From Terriglobales bacterium (GTDB lineage Bacteria; Acidobacteriota; Terriglobia; Terriglobales; Acidobacteriaceae), in contig JBBSFV010000005.1 in NCBI GenBank assembly GCA_038254775.1, positions 31,076 to 95,075 on the forward strand: 64,000 bases of DNA. The letters run 5' to 3'. Made by a program: the position numbers and the translations under genes. This document shows positions 19,478-28,656 of the stretch, in pieces (within the stretch, counting starts at the first letter, position 1; every line of letters begins with the position of its first letter). The notes under the pieces are model-generated. The model was not told where the DNA came from, did not search any database, and was given only the letters and a program-made list of their open reading frames with translations.

Positions 19478-21559
19478 ATGTTTTTTCGTCGTAAACCGAT
19501 TCTGACCTTGGCGGTGCTACTGGCAGTCAGCCTGCCGTTGACGATCGGCTTCGCTGCGGTCTCCAAGCACAAGGGCGCCAAGGGCGCCGCAGCCCAAATG
19601 GATGAACGCCAAAGGGCGTCGCATGTGCTGAACCGCTTCACCTTCGGTCCGCAACCCGGTGACCTGGAAAAGGTGACTGCGATGGGCGTCGACAAGTGGT
19701 TTGAGCAGCAGTTGAATCCGGGCAAAATCGATGACAGCCTGTTGGAGTCACGATTGCAGCCACTGCGGACGCTCAAGATGGATGCGCGCGAGATGGTGGA
19801 AGAATTTCCGCCGAACCAGGTGATCAAAGCCATTGCTGACGGCAAGATGGCAATGCCAACTGATAGTAGCAAGCGCGCCATTTATGAAGCGCGGCTGGAA
19901 GCGTATCGCGATAAGCGCGACAACAAAGCTGCCGGCAATGACAAGGCCGCAGGTACCGATGCACCCCCAAAAGACCAGGAGACGGCATCCGATTCGCCGG
20001 CGATGCGCGAGGATATCCGTCGGCAACGCGCCGAGGCCAGAACTGAGGCGGCAAGACTTGCAGCCCTCAGCCCAAATGACAAATTCAATGCCATCTTGAA
20101 GATGGATCCGGAGTCCCGCCGCGTGATGTTACGCGGAATCCGCGACGAAGATCCCCAGCAATTGCTCAATGGCCTTTCTCCGGAGCAGCGCGAAACATTG
20201 CTTGCCCTGGTGAATCCCACTCAGGTAGTGACCAATGAACTGGTGAGCTCAAAGATCCTGCGCTCCGCATACAGCGAGCGTCAACTTGAAGAAGTCATGA
20301 CGGATTTTTGGTTCAATCACTTTAACGTTTTCATCGGCAAAGGCCCGGACCGCTACATGATCACATCCTACGAGCGCGATGTGATCCGTAAACACGCGCT
20401 GGGAAGATTCTCAGACCTCTTGCTGGCGACAGCGAAAAGTCCGGCCATGCTCTTCTATCTGGATAATTTTCAGAGTGTTGGACCGAATTCCCAGGTCGGC
20501 TCCGGCCAGCGCCCCCAAATCCGCAACCCGCGCCGCATGGACGGAATGAATGGCGGTCCAGGTATATTCCGCCGCAATCGCCGCGTGGGCCGGGCGCGCC
20601 GCCCCTACCCAAATGATCCCAACATGGCTGGTGCGGCGAATGCCGGGCAAAAACAGCGACCTAAACGCGGATTGAATGAGAATTACGCGCGTGAGGTGAT
20701 GGAATTGCACACCCTTGGCGTGGACGGTGGTTATACCCAGAGAGACGTGACGGAATTAGCCAAGGTCTTCACCGGCTGGACGCTGCGTGAGCCGCGCCGC
20801 GGTGGTGATTACGAGTTCAATGAGCGCATGCATGAACCCGGTCAAAAAAATGTGCTTGGCCAAAAGATCAAAGAGGACGGCGAAAACGAGGGTAAAAAGA
20901 TGCTGGAGTTCCTCGCCCGCAATCCTGCGACCGCCCACTTCATCTCTAAAAAGCTGGCGCTGCGTTTTGTGAGTGACGACCCTCCGCAATCCCTGGTGGA
21001 CCGCATGGCAGAGACCTTCCTGCACAGTAAGGGCGACATCAAGGAAGTTCTGCGCACCATGTTCCGCTCGCCGGAATTCTGGATTCCTGAAACGTATCGC
21101 GCAAAGGTGAAAACACCGTTCGAGTTCGTTGTATCCGCCGTTCGAGCCACGGGCGCGGATGTAACAGAGCCCGCGCAACTGGGCCGCTCCTTGCAGAAGA
21201 TGGGGATGCCACTCTATGGCATGCAACCCCCAACGGGATATTCAAGCAAGGCTGAGGCATGGGTAAACTCCTCCGCGCTGCTGAACCGAATGAACTTTGC
21301 GTTGAGTCTTGCAGGGGGAAAGATGCGAGGGGTGAGCGTCAATCCAGCAAAAGTGTTGCAAGGCGCGCAGCCGCCACAGGATGCCGCAGCCGGGATCGAT
21401 CTTCTCGCACGATCGTTGCTTGGCGGAGAAATCTCGAAACAAACACGTGACACAGTGTTGCAACAATTGCAGGACCAGGACAGATCCACGACAGCCACTC
21501 CGCAACTCGGCACGGTCGCGGGCTTGTTGCTTGGCTCACCCGAGTTCCAGCGGAGATAA
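19478..21559 (+). CDS. DUF1800 domain protein (secreted)
   Basis: Signal peptide from ATG 19478 and DUF1800 hallmarks MTDFWFNHFNVF and LDNFQS. It is paired with a DUF1501 gene. Confidence 0.85.
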   Translation: MFFRRKPILTLAVLLAVSLPLTIGFAAVSKHKGAKGAAAQMDERQRASHVLNRFTFGPQPGDLEKVTAMGVDKWFEQQLNPGKIDDSLLESRLQPLRTLKMDAREMVEEFPPNQVIKAIADGKMAMPTDSSKRAIYEARLEAYRDKRDNKAAGNDKAAGTDAPPKDQETASDSPAMREDIRRQRAEARTEAARLAALSPNDKFNAILKMDPESRRVMLRGIRDEDPQQLLNGLSPEQRETLLALVNPTQVVTNELVSSKILRSAYSERQLEEVMTDFWFNHFNVFIGKGPDRYMITSYERDVIRKHALGRFSDLLLATAKSPAMLFYLDNFQSVGPNSQVGSGQRPQIRNPRRMDGMNGGPGIFRRNRRVGRARRPYPNDPNMAGAANAGQKQRPKRGLNENYAREVMELHTLGVDGGYTQRDVTELAKVFTGWTLREPRRGGDYEFNERMHEPGQKNVLGQKIKEDGENEGKKMLEFLARNPATAHFISKKLALRFVSDDPPQSLVDRMAETFLHSKGDIKEVLRTMFRSPEFWIPETYRAKVKTPFEFVVSAVRATGADVTEPAQLGRSLQKMGMPLYGMQPPTGYSSKAEAWVNSSALLNRMNFALSLAGGKMRGVSVNPAKVLQGAQPPQDAAAGIDLLARSLLGGEISKQTRDTVLQQLQDQDRSTTATPQLGTVAGLLLGSPEFQRR

Positions 21560-21561
21560 CC

Positions 21562-22821
21562 ATGTCCATCACTCGTAGGATATTTTTTAGAAACAGCGCA
21601 ATGGCCGTGATCGGCACCAGTTTGATCCCGCGCTTTCTCACTCAAGCGGCGTTCGCCTCCGATTCCATCACAAGCGGAAAGAAGCGCCTGGTGGTGCTTT
21701 TCCAAAGAGGCGCCGCCGATGGATTGAACATAGTTGTGCCCCACGGTGAGCCCCTGTATTACCGCATGCGCCCGACCATCGGCATCCCGCAACCAAACCG
21801 CGGACGCGCATCAGCGATCGATCTGGAGGGTTATTTCGGTTTACATCCCGCAATGGCTTCCTTCAAGCCGCTTTGGGACTCGAAACAACTGGCCATCGTC
21901 CATGCTGCCGGATCGCCAGACAATACGCGCTCGCATTTTGACGCGCAGGATTACATGGAGTCTGGCACCCCGGGGGTGAAGTCCACTACCGATGGTTGGC
22001 TCAATCGCGCCATCGCGGCTGAGAAGGTCGCGAAAGAGTCACCCTTCCGCGCAATCGCGCTGGGTAGTTCTCTGCCGCGAGCGCTCTCTGGCCAGGCGCC
22101 GGCCATCGCCATCAGTGACATCAATGACTTCCGCGTGGGCGGTAAGAGCAGCGGCCCGGCCGTCTCCAGCGCTTCCACCAGCTTCGAATCGATGTATGCG
22201 GAGTCAGTCGATTCCGTGCTGCACGGCACCGGGCGGGAGACATTCGATGCCGTGAAGATGCTCAAAGCGGCGGACCCGGCAAAATATTCTCCCGCTGCCG
22301 GAGCAAATTATCCTCGCGGCAGATTCGCAGGCAGCTTGCGCCAAGTGGCACAATTGCTGAAAGCGGACTTGGGGGTGGAAGTAGCTTTCGTTGATATTGG
22401 TGGATGGGACCATCACGTGAACGAAGGGAACACTGAAGGGCAGCTGGCGAACTTGCTCCGCGACTTCTCTCAGTCTATTTCCTCTTTCTGGACGGACTTG
22501 GGCGATCTAGGCGAAGACACAGTGTTGGTCACCATGTCTGAGTTCGGGCGTACCGCCCGGGAAAACGGAAGTCGCGGTACTGACCACGGCCACGCAAATG
22601 TCATGTTCGTCCTGGGCGGCCCGGTAAAGGGTGGAAAGGTCTATGGAAAATGGCCTGGGCTGGATGACCGACACCTTTATGAGGGACGGGATCTTGAAGT
22701 GACGACTGACTTCCGCAGTGTATTGGGCGAGTGCCTGACTAAACACCTGGGCGCGCAGAAACTACAAAGCGTTTTTCCGGGCTTTGATTTTTCGCACCAG
22801 GACACGCTTCGCTTCCTGTAG
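21562..22821 (+). CDS. DUF1501 domain protein (Tat-exported, sulfatase-like fold)
   Basis: Twin-arginine leader ITRRIFFRNSAMAVIG, plus GGWDHH and SEFGRT...GTDHGHAN motifs. Confidence 0.88.
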   Translation: MSITRRIFFRNSAMAVIGTSLIPRFLTQAAFASDSITSGKKRLVVLFQRGAADGLNIVVPHGEPLYYRMRPTIGIPQPNRGRASAIDLEGYFGLHPAMASFKPLWDSKQLAIVHAAGSPDNTRSHFDAQDYMESGTPGVKSTTDGWLNRAIAAEKVAKESPFRAIALGSSLPRALSGQAPAIAISDINDFRVGGKSSGPAVSSASTSFESMYAESVDSVLHGTGRETFDAVKMLKAADPAKYSPAAGANYPRGRFAGSLRQVAQLLKADLGVEVAFVDIGGWDHHVNEGNTEGQLANLLRDFSQSISSFWTDLGDLGEDTVLVTMSEFGRTARENGSRGTDHGHANVMFVLGGPVKGGKVYGKWPGLDDRHLYEGRDLEVTTDFRSVLGECLTKHLGAQKLQSVFPGFDFSHQDTLRFL

Positions 22822-22863
22822 AAAGTGCGGGTGGATCCGCCCGCACTTCTTATGGACTTCTTC

Positions 22864-24294
22864 TTATCTGTGGCGCATCGCTTCCCGGTCCTTTGTGATT
22901 CGTTCCATGACCGCGCCGGCTTCCCGATCCAGCGCTTTGGGGGCAGCCGACTCCGGAGAGTCCCCTCCGGCACTTGCCGTGGTATCCAAGTGCGCAGATG
23001 TATCCGTCAGCGCGAAAAGCCGATATTTGAACGTCGCTTCGGAATTTCCATCTGAGACGCTGACGCCCGTAGCACGGCCGAGCAGGCCGCCCAACTTCCT
23101 CTTGCTTGAGGAGGCTTTTACTCCACTTATCTCGGTGAGCAGATAGTAATCGCATTGTTGCTTCGTTGCCGCATCCACGATCGCCTGCGAAGATGAACCC
23201 TTGCTGTTCTCATTCAGGTCGATCACTTCTGCGTTCAAGTCCTGCAATGATTGCGTCAAATGATCACGGAGCTTGTCTGCTGCCAGACCTGTGTTCCCGC
23301 TGTCGGCGATCATAGCCACCCCGATCCGCACCCTCCCCGAGGTACGCCGGGGCTGTGATCCTTCTTCTGCGCTCAATGGGCGCGCCGGACGCGATGTCCG
23401 CGTCGCATTCTCATCATCATCGTCGGGCGTTTCTTTGCGTGGGCCCGCGTCACCGCTCATATCCTCGTAATTCGGCTTCTCTCCATTCTCGCGCTGTGCC
23501 TGCCGCATCATCTCGCCAATGCTGCCCATTCCCATCAGTGCGGCGTAGCTGTTCACTTGCCGGTATCCGGCAGGGATGTCGAACAATTTGTCGTCCAGGG
23601 ATGTGGTGGTTAATTCAAGTGTCTCCTGCTGGAAGGTGGTGGTGCTGCCCTTCTCGTCCGCGATCGTCGTGATCACATTCACCGGATAACCAAGTTTCGC
23701 GGCTCCATTTGTCTTGAAGACGAACTGATCCCGGCATTGAGACTGCTGCGCGCGCATGCGGACGGCTGCGCGTTCTGGCGAAGCGCAAGAGGCGGCGACG
23801 GGTAGATCGATATACCATCCGTCCGATGACATCTTGGTATTCGCCGCGCTACAGGAACCTGGAGTGGAAGCCATGGTCATGTTCATCTTGATCTCGCGCG
23901 CAGCGTGACCCAGGATCTGCTTCTTGGCGCCAGTCTCAGTCAGATTGCTGGTAATGGTGACCACGCCTCCGGAGCGCTGCGAACGGGTCGGCCTGTTCAT
24001 GCCGGCCGCGGGCGAAGCCGCTTCCGACGGGTCCGAGTCAGCCATGATCATGTAGGTCTTGTTGCGATCGTTGATCTGAATGCTGCGTTTCAGGTCACAT
24101 TGATACACAGTGGTCATCGCCATACCCGGCGCCAGTTGCATCTCAGTGCGTTGCCTCGCGCCCTTCACCATCATTGTGCTGTCGAACGAGTGTCCGGCTG
24201 CCGTCATTCGGGTTTTTGCTTTGTAGTCCGCCGAAGCACTGAGTGATACCGCCAGCATTCCCACCATCAATAACCGTATTTTCATGGCCTTCAC
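22864..24294 (-). CDS. Secreted hypothetical protein (N-terminal beta-rich domain, acidic/Pro linker, C-terminal CsgG/LpoB-like alpha/beta module)
   Basis: Signal peptide MKAMKIRLLMVGMLAVSLSASA. The C-terminal segment VRIGVAMIADSGNTGLAADKLRDHLTQSL resembles periplasmic lipoprotein-activator folds. No firm family assignment. Confidence 0.65.
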   Translation of the reverse strand: MKAMKIRLLMVGMLAVSLSASADYKAKTRMTAAGHSFDSTMMVKGARQRTEMQLAPGMAMTTVYQCDLKRSIQINDRNKTYMIMADSDPSEAASPAAGMNRPTRSQRSGGVVTITSNLTETGAKKQILGHAAREIKMNMTMASTPGSCSAANTKMSSDGWYIDLPVAASCASPERAAVRMRAQQSQCRDQFVFKTNGAAKLGYPVNVITTIADEKGSTTTFQQETLELTTTSLDDKLFDIPAGYRQVNSYAALMGMGSIGEMMRQAQRENGEKPNYEDMSGDAGPRKETPDDDDENATRTSRPARPLSAEEGSQPRRTSGRVRIGVAMIADSGNTGLAADKLRDHLTQSLQDLNAEVIDLNENSKGSSSQAIVDAATKQQCDYYLLTEISGVKASSSKRKLGGLLGRATGVSVSDGNSEATFKYRLFALTDTSAHLDTTASAGGDSPESAAPKALDREAGAVMERITKDREAMRHR

Positions 24295-24363
24295 CTCAAC
24301 CGCGCGATTTTAGTACATATACTGGAACGCGCGCGAACCTGAGTCTTGCATCAAAGTTATCGA

Positions 24364-26022
24364 ATGAGTGCTGCTGGACCAATCCGGCCAGGTCTGCCCA
24401 GCCAAGGCTTTGATGTCATCGTCATCGGCGGAGGCATCAACGGGGTTGCAATCGCCCGGGAGTGTGCCCGCGCCGGAAAGCGCACCCTGGTCCTGGAGCA
24501 GGATGATTTCGGTGCCGGGACCTCCAGCCGCTCCACCCGCATCATCCACGGCGGCTTGCGTTATCTGGAACATGGAGAGATCGGCATGGTTCGAGAATCC
24601 CTGGCGGAACGCGAACGCCTTTTGCGGGAATACTCCAATCTGGTGCGGCCCATGACTTTTCTGCTCGCCATGCCGCGGGAGCATGGCCCGCTCAGCCCGC
24701 GCAGCGCGCTGGCGGTCCGTACCGGATTGTGGCTTTACGGGAAGATGGCACAGACCAAACGGCAGACCGCTTGCGGAAAAATGGCGGCACATCAGCTACA
24801 AAAATCGATGGATGCCGGCGAACACTGGAGCATCTTCAATTATGAGGACGCCCAGTGCGAGTTCCCCGAGCGCCTTATAGCCGAGTGGCTCACTGAAGCG
24901 CTTCGGGCAGGCGCGGTCGCCCGAAACCATACCAAAGTCCTGGAAATAGAGATTCGTGAACGCCGCGCGTTGGCCGTCTTCACGCGCGATGAACTGACCG
25001 GCACTGAGATGCGCTATCAGGCGGATTGGATCATCAATGCCACCGGGCCCTGGGTGGATAGAGTCTGCTCAAGCGCAAACTTCTCTGCGCCGCGAATGGT
25101 GGGCGGCGTCCGCGGTTCGCATATTTTGTTGCCCTGCTGGACAGGTGCGCCGAAAAGCGCCGTTTATATAGAAGCCCCGGACGGCCGCCAGGTTTTTATC
25201 CTGCCTTGGAACCGCCAGATCATGGTGGGCACCACAGAGGTGAAGGACGACTCCGATCCTAAAGCTGCCGCACCCGATTCCGGAGAGATCGAATACCTAC
25301 TGAATGCTTTTCGTACTGCTTTTCCTCAATCTGGTTTTACCCGGCAAGACGTGATGGCTTCTTTTTCCGGCATTCGTCCGCTTCCCTTCTCAGAAAGTGG
25401 CGCGCTCGGCAGCATCACACGCAAGCACTTCCTTCACGATCACAAACAAGACGGAGCTGCGGGATTGCTCTCCGTGATTGGCGGAAAGCTCACCACAGCA
25501 GCGCTGCTCGGAAGGCAATGCGCCCGGAAACTTGGCATTAGAGTGGCGGAGCCCGGGTTGGCGATGGTAGCCACCGGAGCGTCTAACGGACTTGAGAACA
25601 CCCTCGCCCAATGGTCGAGACAAGCGGCCGCCGTAAGCGGCGTCTCAGAGTCATCTGCTCGTGCCGTAGCAGAGTGGCATGGTGGCAGAGCCTGGGGAGT
25701 GCTGCGCAGGGCGAAGCTCGATCCGCATTTAGGCGAACCTTTGTGCCCGCACACCGATCACATCGTGGCAGAAGCAGTGGAAGCGGTCCGGCACGAATGT
25801 GCGGTCACGCTGGGTGACATTTTATTGCGGCGCACTCCGGTGGCGCTCTCCGGCTGCTGGACTGAACAATGCTCCCGCCAGGCAGCAGAAAAAGTAGCTC
25901 GTGTCCTGGGATGGTCGTCAGCACATTCTGGCAACCAATTGCAGCGCTTCGAAGAGGAACGCACTAGCTTCCTGCATTCACACCGCGGTCGCGCGCTGCA
26001 ACCCTCGAAAAGTCTTGCTTAG
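24364..26022 (+). CDS. glpD: FAD-dependent glycerol-3-phosphate dehydrogenase
   Basis: Dinucleotide fold FDVIVIGGGINGVAIARECA, SSRSTRIIHGGLRYL, and a C-terminal GlpD-type helical domain. Confidence 0.88.
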   Translation: MSAAGPIRPGLPSQGFDVIVIGGGINGVAIARECARAGKRTLVLEQDDFGAGTSSRSTRIIHGGLRYLEHGEIGMVRESLAERERLLREYSNLVRPMTFLLAMPREHGPLSPRSALAVRTGLWLYGKMAQTKRQTACGKMAAHQLQKSMDAGEHWSIFNYEDAQCEFPERLIAEWLTEALRAGAVARNHTKVLEIEIRERRALAVFTRDELTGTEMRYQADWIINATGPWVDRVCSSANFSAPRMVGGVRGSHILLPCWTGAPKSAVYIEAPDGRQVFILPWNRQIMVGTTEVKDDSDPKAAAPDSGEIEYLLNAFRTAFPQSGFTRQDVMASFSGIRPLPFSESGALGSITRKHFLHDHKQDGAAGLLSVIGGKLTTAALLGRQCARKLGIRVAEPGLAMVATGASNGLENTLAQWSRQAAAVSGVSESSARAVAEWHGGRAWGVLRRAKLDPHLGEPLCPHTDHIVAEAVEAVRHECAVTLGDILLRRTPVALSGCWTEQCSRQAAEKVARVLGWSSAHSGNQLQRFEEERTSFLHSHRGRALQPSKSLA

Positions 26023-26667
26023 CAGCTTGGTGTCATCGGAAATGAGCGCATCCGCGCCCAGGCTAGCATGACGCAGCATCGCGGAATCAACATTCACGGT
26101 CCATGCCCACAGCTTCTTGCCCGCAGCGGTGATCTCACGCGCAATCTCCGCATCCACCCATTGATGATAGAGGATCACATGCTGCACGGGCAGTTCTCGC
26201 CATTCTGCAAGCAGACGCTGGTCCTCGCAGATATAACCCAAGGGGACTTCAGCATTAGCGCGGTGCATTCGGTAAATCACGTCCAGAGAAAATGAAGAGA
26301 CCACCACGCCACGCTGCGGCACTACTTTCCGCAAAAGCTCAACGATCTGGGGCTCGATCCCGACCGTCTTCAACTCGATGTTGAGAAACGCTCTGGAATG
26401 ATATCGCTCGACCACATCATGGAGTGTCACCAGATCGGGCAGGAGTTGAGCCATCTGCTCGTGAGTCAGATCCTTCACGGGCGTGGTGTCCACGGAAGCG
26501 TCATGGAAGACGATCGGAACTCCATCGCGTGAAAGGCGGACGTCGAACTCGAACCCATCGCAGCCATGCTTCAACGCAAGATCGAAGGCGGCAAAGGTAT
26601 TTTCAGCGGCATACTTGCGAGCCCCGCGGTGCCCCAACAGTAGTGGCCGGGTTTCGCCAGCCATCAA
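25978..26667 (-). CDS. Glycerophosphodiester phosphodiesterase (GDPD family)
   Basis: LLLGHRGARKYAAENTFAAFDLALKHGCDGFEFDVRLSRDGVPIVFHD. It overlaps the convergent glpD 3' end by 45 nt. Confidence 0.85.
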   Translation of the reverse strand: MMAGETRPLLLGHRGARKYAAENTFAAFDLALKHGCDGFEFDVRLSRDGVPIVFHDASVDTTPVKDLTHEQMAQLLPDLVTLHDVVERYHSRAFLNIELKTVGIEPQIVELLRKVVPQRGVVVSSFSLDVIYRMHRANAEVPLGYICEDQRLLAEWRELPVQHVILYHQWVDAEIAREITAAGKKLWAWTVNVDSAMLRHASLGADALISDDTKLLSKTFRGLQRATAV

Positions 26668-26972
26668 TCGAGGTCGAAATCTCTCAGCGGTTTGCCGGTA
26701 TCCGGCGTCTCTTTGGCGCGGCGCACCGCCTCCTGGAACTTCTTCTCCAGAATGTCCGCAGATTGTTTCTGAGCCGCCACTGACTGCTCGAAGAGTGACT
26801 CGCGACGGGTATTCTGCTCGCGCATGGCGCGCTCTGCCGCCTCAAAATCATTAAAGGTCTTTTTTTCTGGAGGAGGAGTATGGGCGATCACCGCTTTCAC
26901 GCCGGGATCTACTTTGATCATTGCCCCGCAGCAAGGGCAACCCACTTCAAAAGCTTGGGCATTTTTCGCCAT
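26664..26972 (-). CDS. Small hypothetical protein with N-terminal CPCC knuckle and coiled-coil tail
   Basis: 102-aa ORF, 4-nt start/stop overlap with the GDPD gene, downstream of bshC. No family recognised. Confidence 0.55.
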   Translation of the reverse strand: MAKNAQAFEVGCPCCGAMIKVDPGVKAVIAHTPPPEKKTFNDFEAAERAMREQNTRRESLFEQSVAAQKQSADILEKKFQEAVRRAKETPDTGKPLRDFDLD

Positions 26973-26998
26973 AATGAAATCATACCCCTGCTGAAGCC

Positions 26999-28606
26999 CT
27001 AGGGATAGAGAATCTGATGCTGCGGACCACTGCTCGCAAGCGACTCAAACATCTCGTCAATCAGTCCTAAGCCCTGCCGGGCTAAAAAGTACGTTCCCCC
27101 CAGGATGCGCTCCTGCAGCGCTCCTCGGGGATACAGAGCGGCAGAGAGCAATTCCGCGGCATTGCCGACCGCAAGCTCCTTCACCGCCTGAGCATTTCCT
27201 ACCCGGCGGCGCAAACGTTCCACCTGATATCGCATTTTGGAACCAGCTCTCCGGGCGGCATCTACAAGTGTGGGGTCAAGCTGCTCGATCGACTTCTCCA
27301 GCGACGCAGTCAGGGAGTCGATCTGGTCCCTGGTTCCGTCCATCTGCAGACTCAATCCCTGCGGCAGATTGCGGTCTGCAAGCATTTGCCGGATCTGCTG
27401 AGAACTTCCGAAGATATCCGGCAAGCGTAAACCATAGCGCTCGAGTCTACGTTCCACGTTCTTCTCAATAAGCGTAGCTGAGAGCCGCGGAATGATCGGC
27501 GTGACTCGTCCCAGTAGTTTGCGATATAAAACCTCTGACTGCGCAAAATACGCGATTTCCGCCGGGCCCCCGACATACGCGAGAGTCGGCAACAGAAAAT
27601 CCTGAAACACGGGACGCAATAGAGCGCCCGCGCTCAGATCCTCCGGAGCTGATTCGGCGGTCTTCAGCAGTTCACTTGCGGAAAACTTCTCGCCGCCTGC
27701 GCTGAAGCCGCCACTGTTGCGCTGGATGGGATGGCGCTTGCCATTGCGATTCCGAAAAAGGTTGGTGGAGGTTGCAGTCACTTTGACTTGCGCCAGATAC
27801 CCGCTACCTTCTAGCTCTTTGGTGCGCTGTAGTAGTTCCCCCGCGGATGCTTCAGCCGACTCGATCGTTTTGCGGAAGAACGGCGCACTGATGCTGTGAA
27901 GTTTCACGTCGAACGGATCCATGAGGATCATTCCGTATCGCGCAAATAATCGGCTCAATAGACGTGCAAAAGCGTCGCCCATGGGAGCACCGGGAAGGTA
28001 ACATCCGCGCAAGACTTCTATGATCTCTGAATCGCCGAGATCATCCGCCAGGCGCCGGATAAGCCCGGTCACGTCATTAGGAAGAGTAGCGGTGGCGACC
28101 GGAGCACCCTCCACTATCTGTGGCGCAAGTGAGAGCGTCCGCAACCCACCATCGATCCGATACTGAAAAGAACTCACTTCAGCTACATCGTGGTCTTCGG
28201 TTGCCATCCAGAAGATGGGGACGCATTCGATACCGCTCTGGGTGGCTTCCTTCGCCAGTTTGATAGCCGTGAGCGCCTTGAGGAGGGAAAAGAGGGGACC
28301 GCCGAACAGGGACACCTGTTGCCCGGTGACCACCGCCATCGCTCCCGAGCCAAGCTTCGCCAGATTGGAGGAAACTTCGTTTCCCGCGCTCCATCTCGCA
28401 TTTTGTCGGGTTAGGACCTTGCAGACAGCCTGTCTTCTACTTTGGGGATGATCCACCATCACGCTCTGCTGCTGTGCTGAGAACCAGGTGCGGTCAAAGG
28501 GAGGATGCGAGTAATATGATGCTACCTTTTCAAAAGCACATGAATGATCCCGGTAAAGCCGCGAGACATGCGGAGTAAGATCCAGGGCCAAAGACTCGGT
28601 CCGCAT
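26999..28606 (-). CDS. bshC: Bacillithiol biosynthesis cysteine-adding enzyme BshC
   Basis: 535 aa with BshC signatures VVTGQQVSLFGGPLFSLLKALTAIKLA and YVGGPAEIAYFAQ. Confidence 0.85.
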   Translation of the reverse strand: MRTESLALDLTPHVSRLYRDHSCAFEKVASYYSHPPFDRTWFSAQQQSVMVDHPQSRRQAVCKVLTRQNARWSAGNEVSSNLAKLGSGAMAVVTGQQVSLFGGPLFSLLKALTAIKLAKEATQSGIECVPIFWMATEDHDVAEVSSFQYRIDGGLRTLSLAPQIVEGAPVATATLPNDVTGLIRRLADDLGDSEIIEVLRGCYLPGAPMGDAFARLLSRLFARYGMILMDPFDVKLHSISAPFFRKTIESAEASAGELLQRTKELEGSGYLAQVKVTATSTNLFRNRNGKRHPIQRNSGGFSAGGEKFSASELLKTAESAPEDLSAGALLRPVFQDFLLPTLAYVGGPAEIAYFAQSEVLYRKLLGRVTPIIPRLSATLIEKNVERRLERYGLRLPDIFGSSQQIRQMLADRNLPQGLSLQMDGTRDQIDSLTASLEKSIEQLDPTLVDAARRAGSKMRYQVERLRRRVGNAQAVKELAVGNAAELLSAALYPRGALQERILGGTYFLARQGLGLIDEMFESLASSGPQHQILYP

Positions 28607-28656
28607 TATCGTTGCCTCATTTGATTACAGTTTTCGACCACGAGGGTAATGGATGT

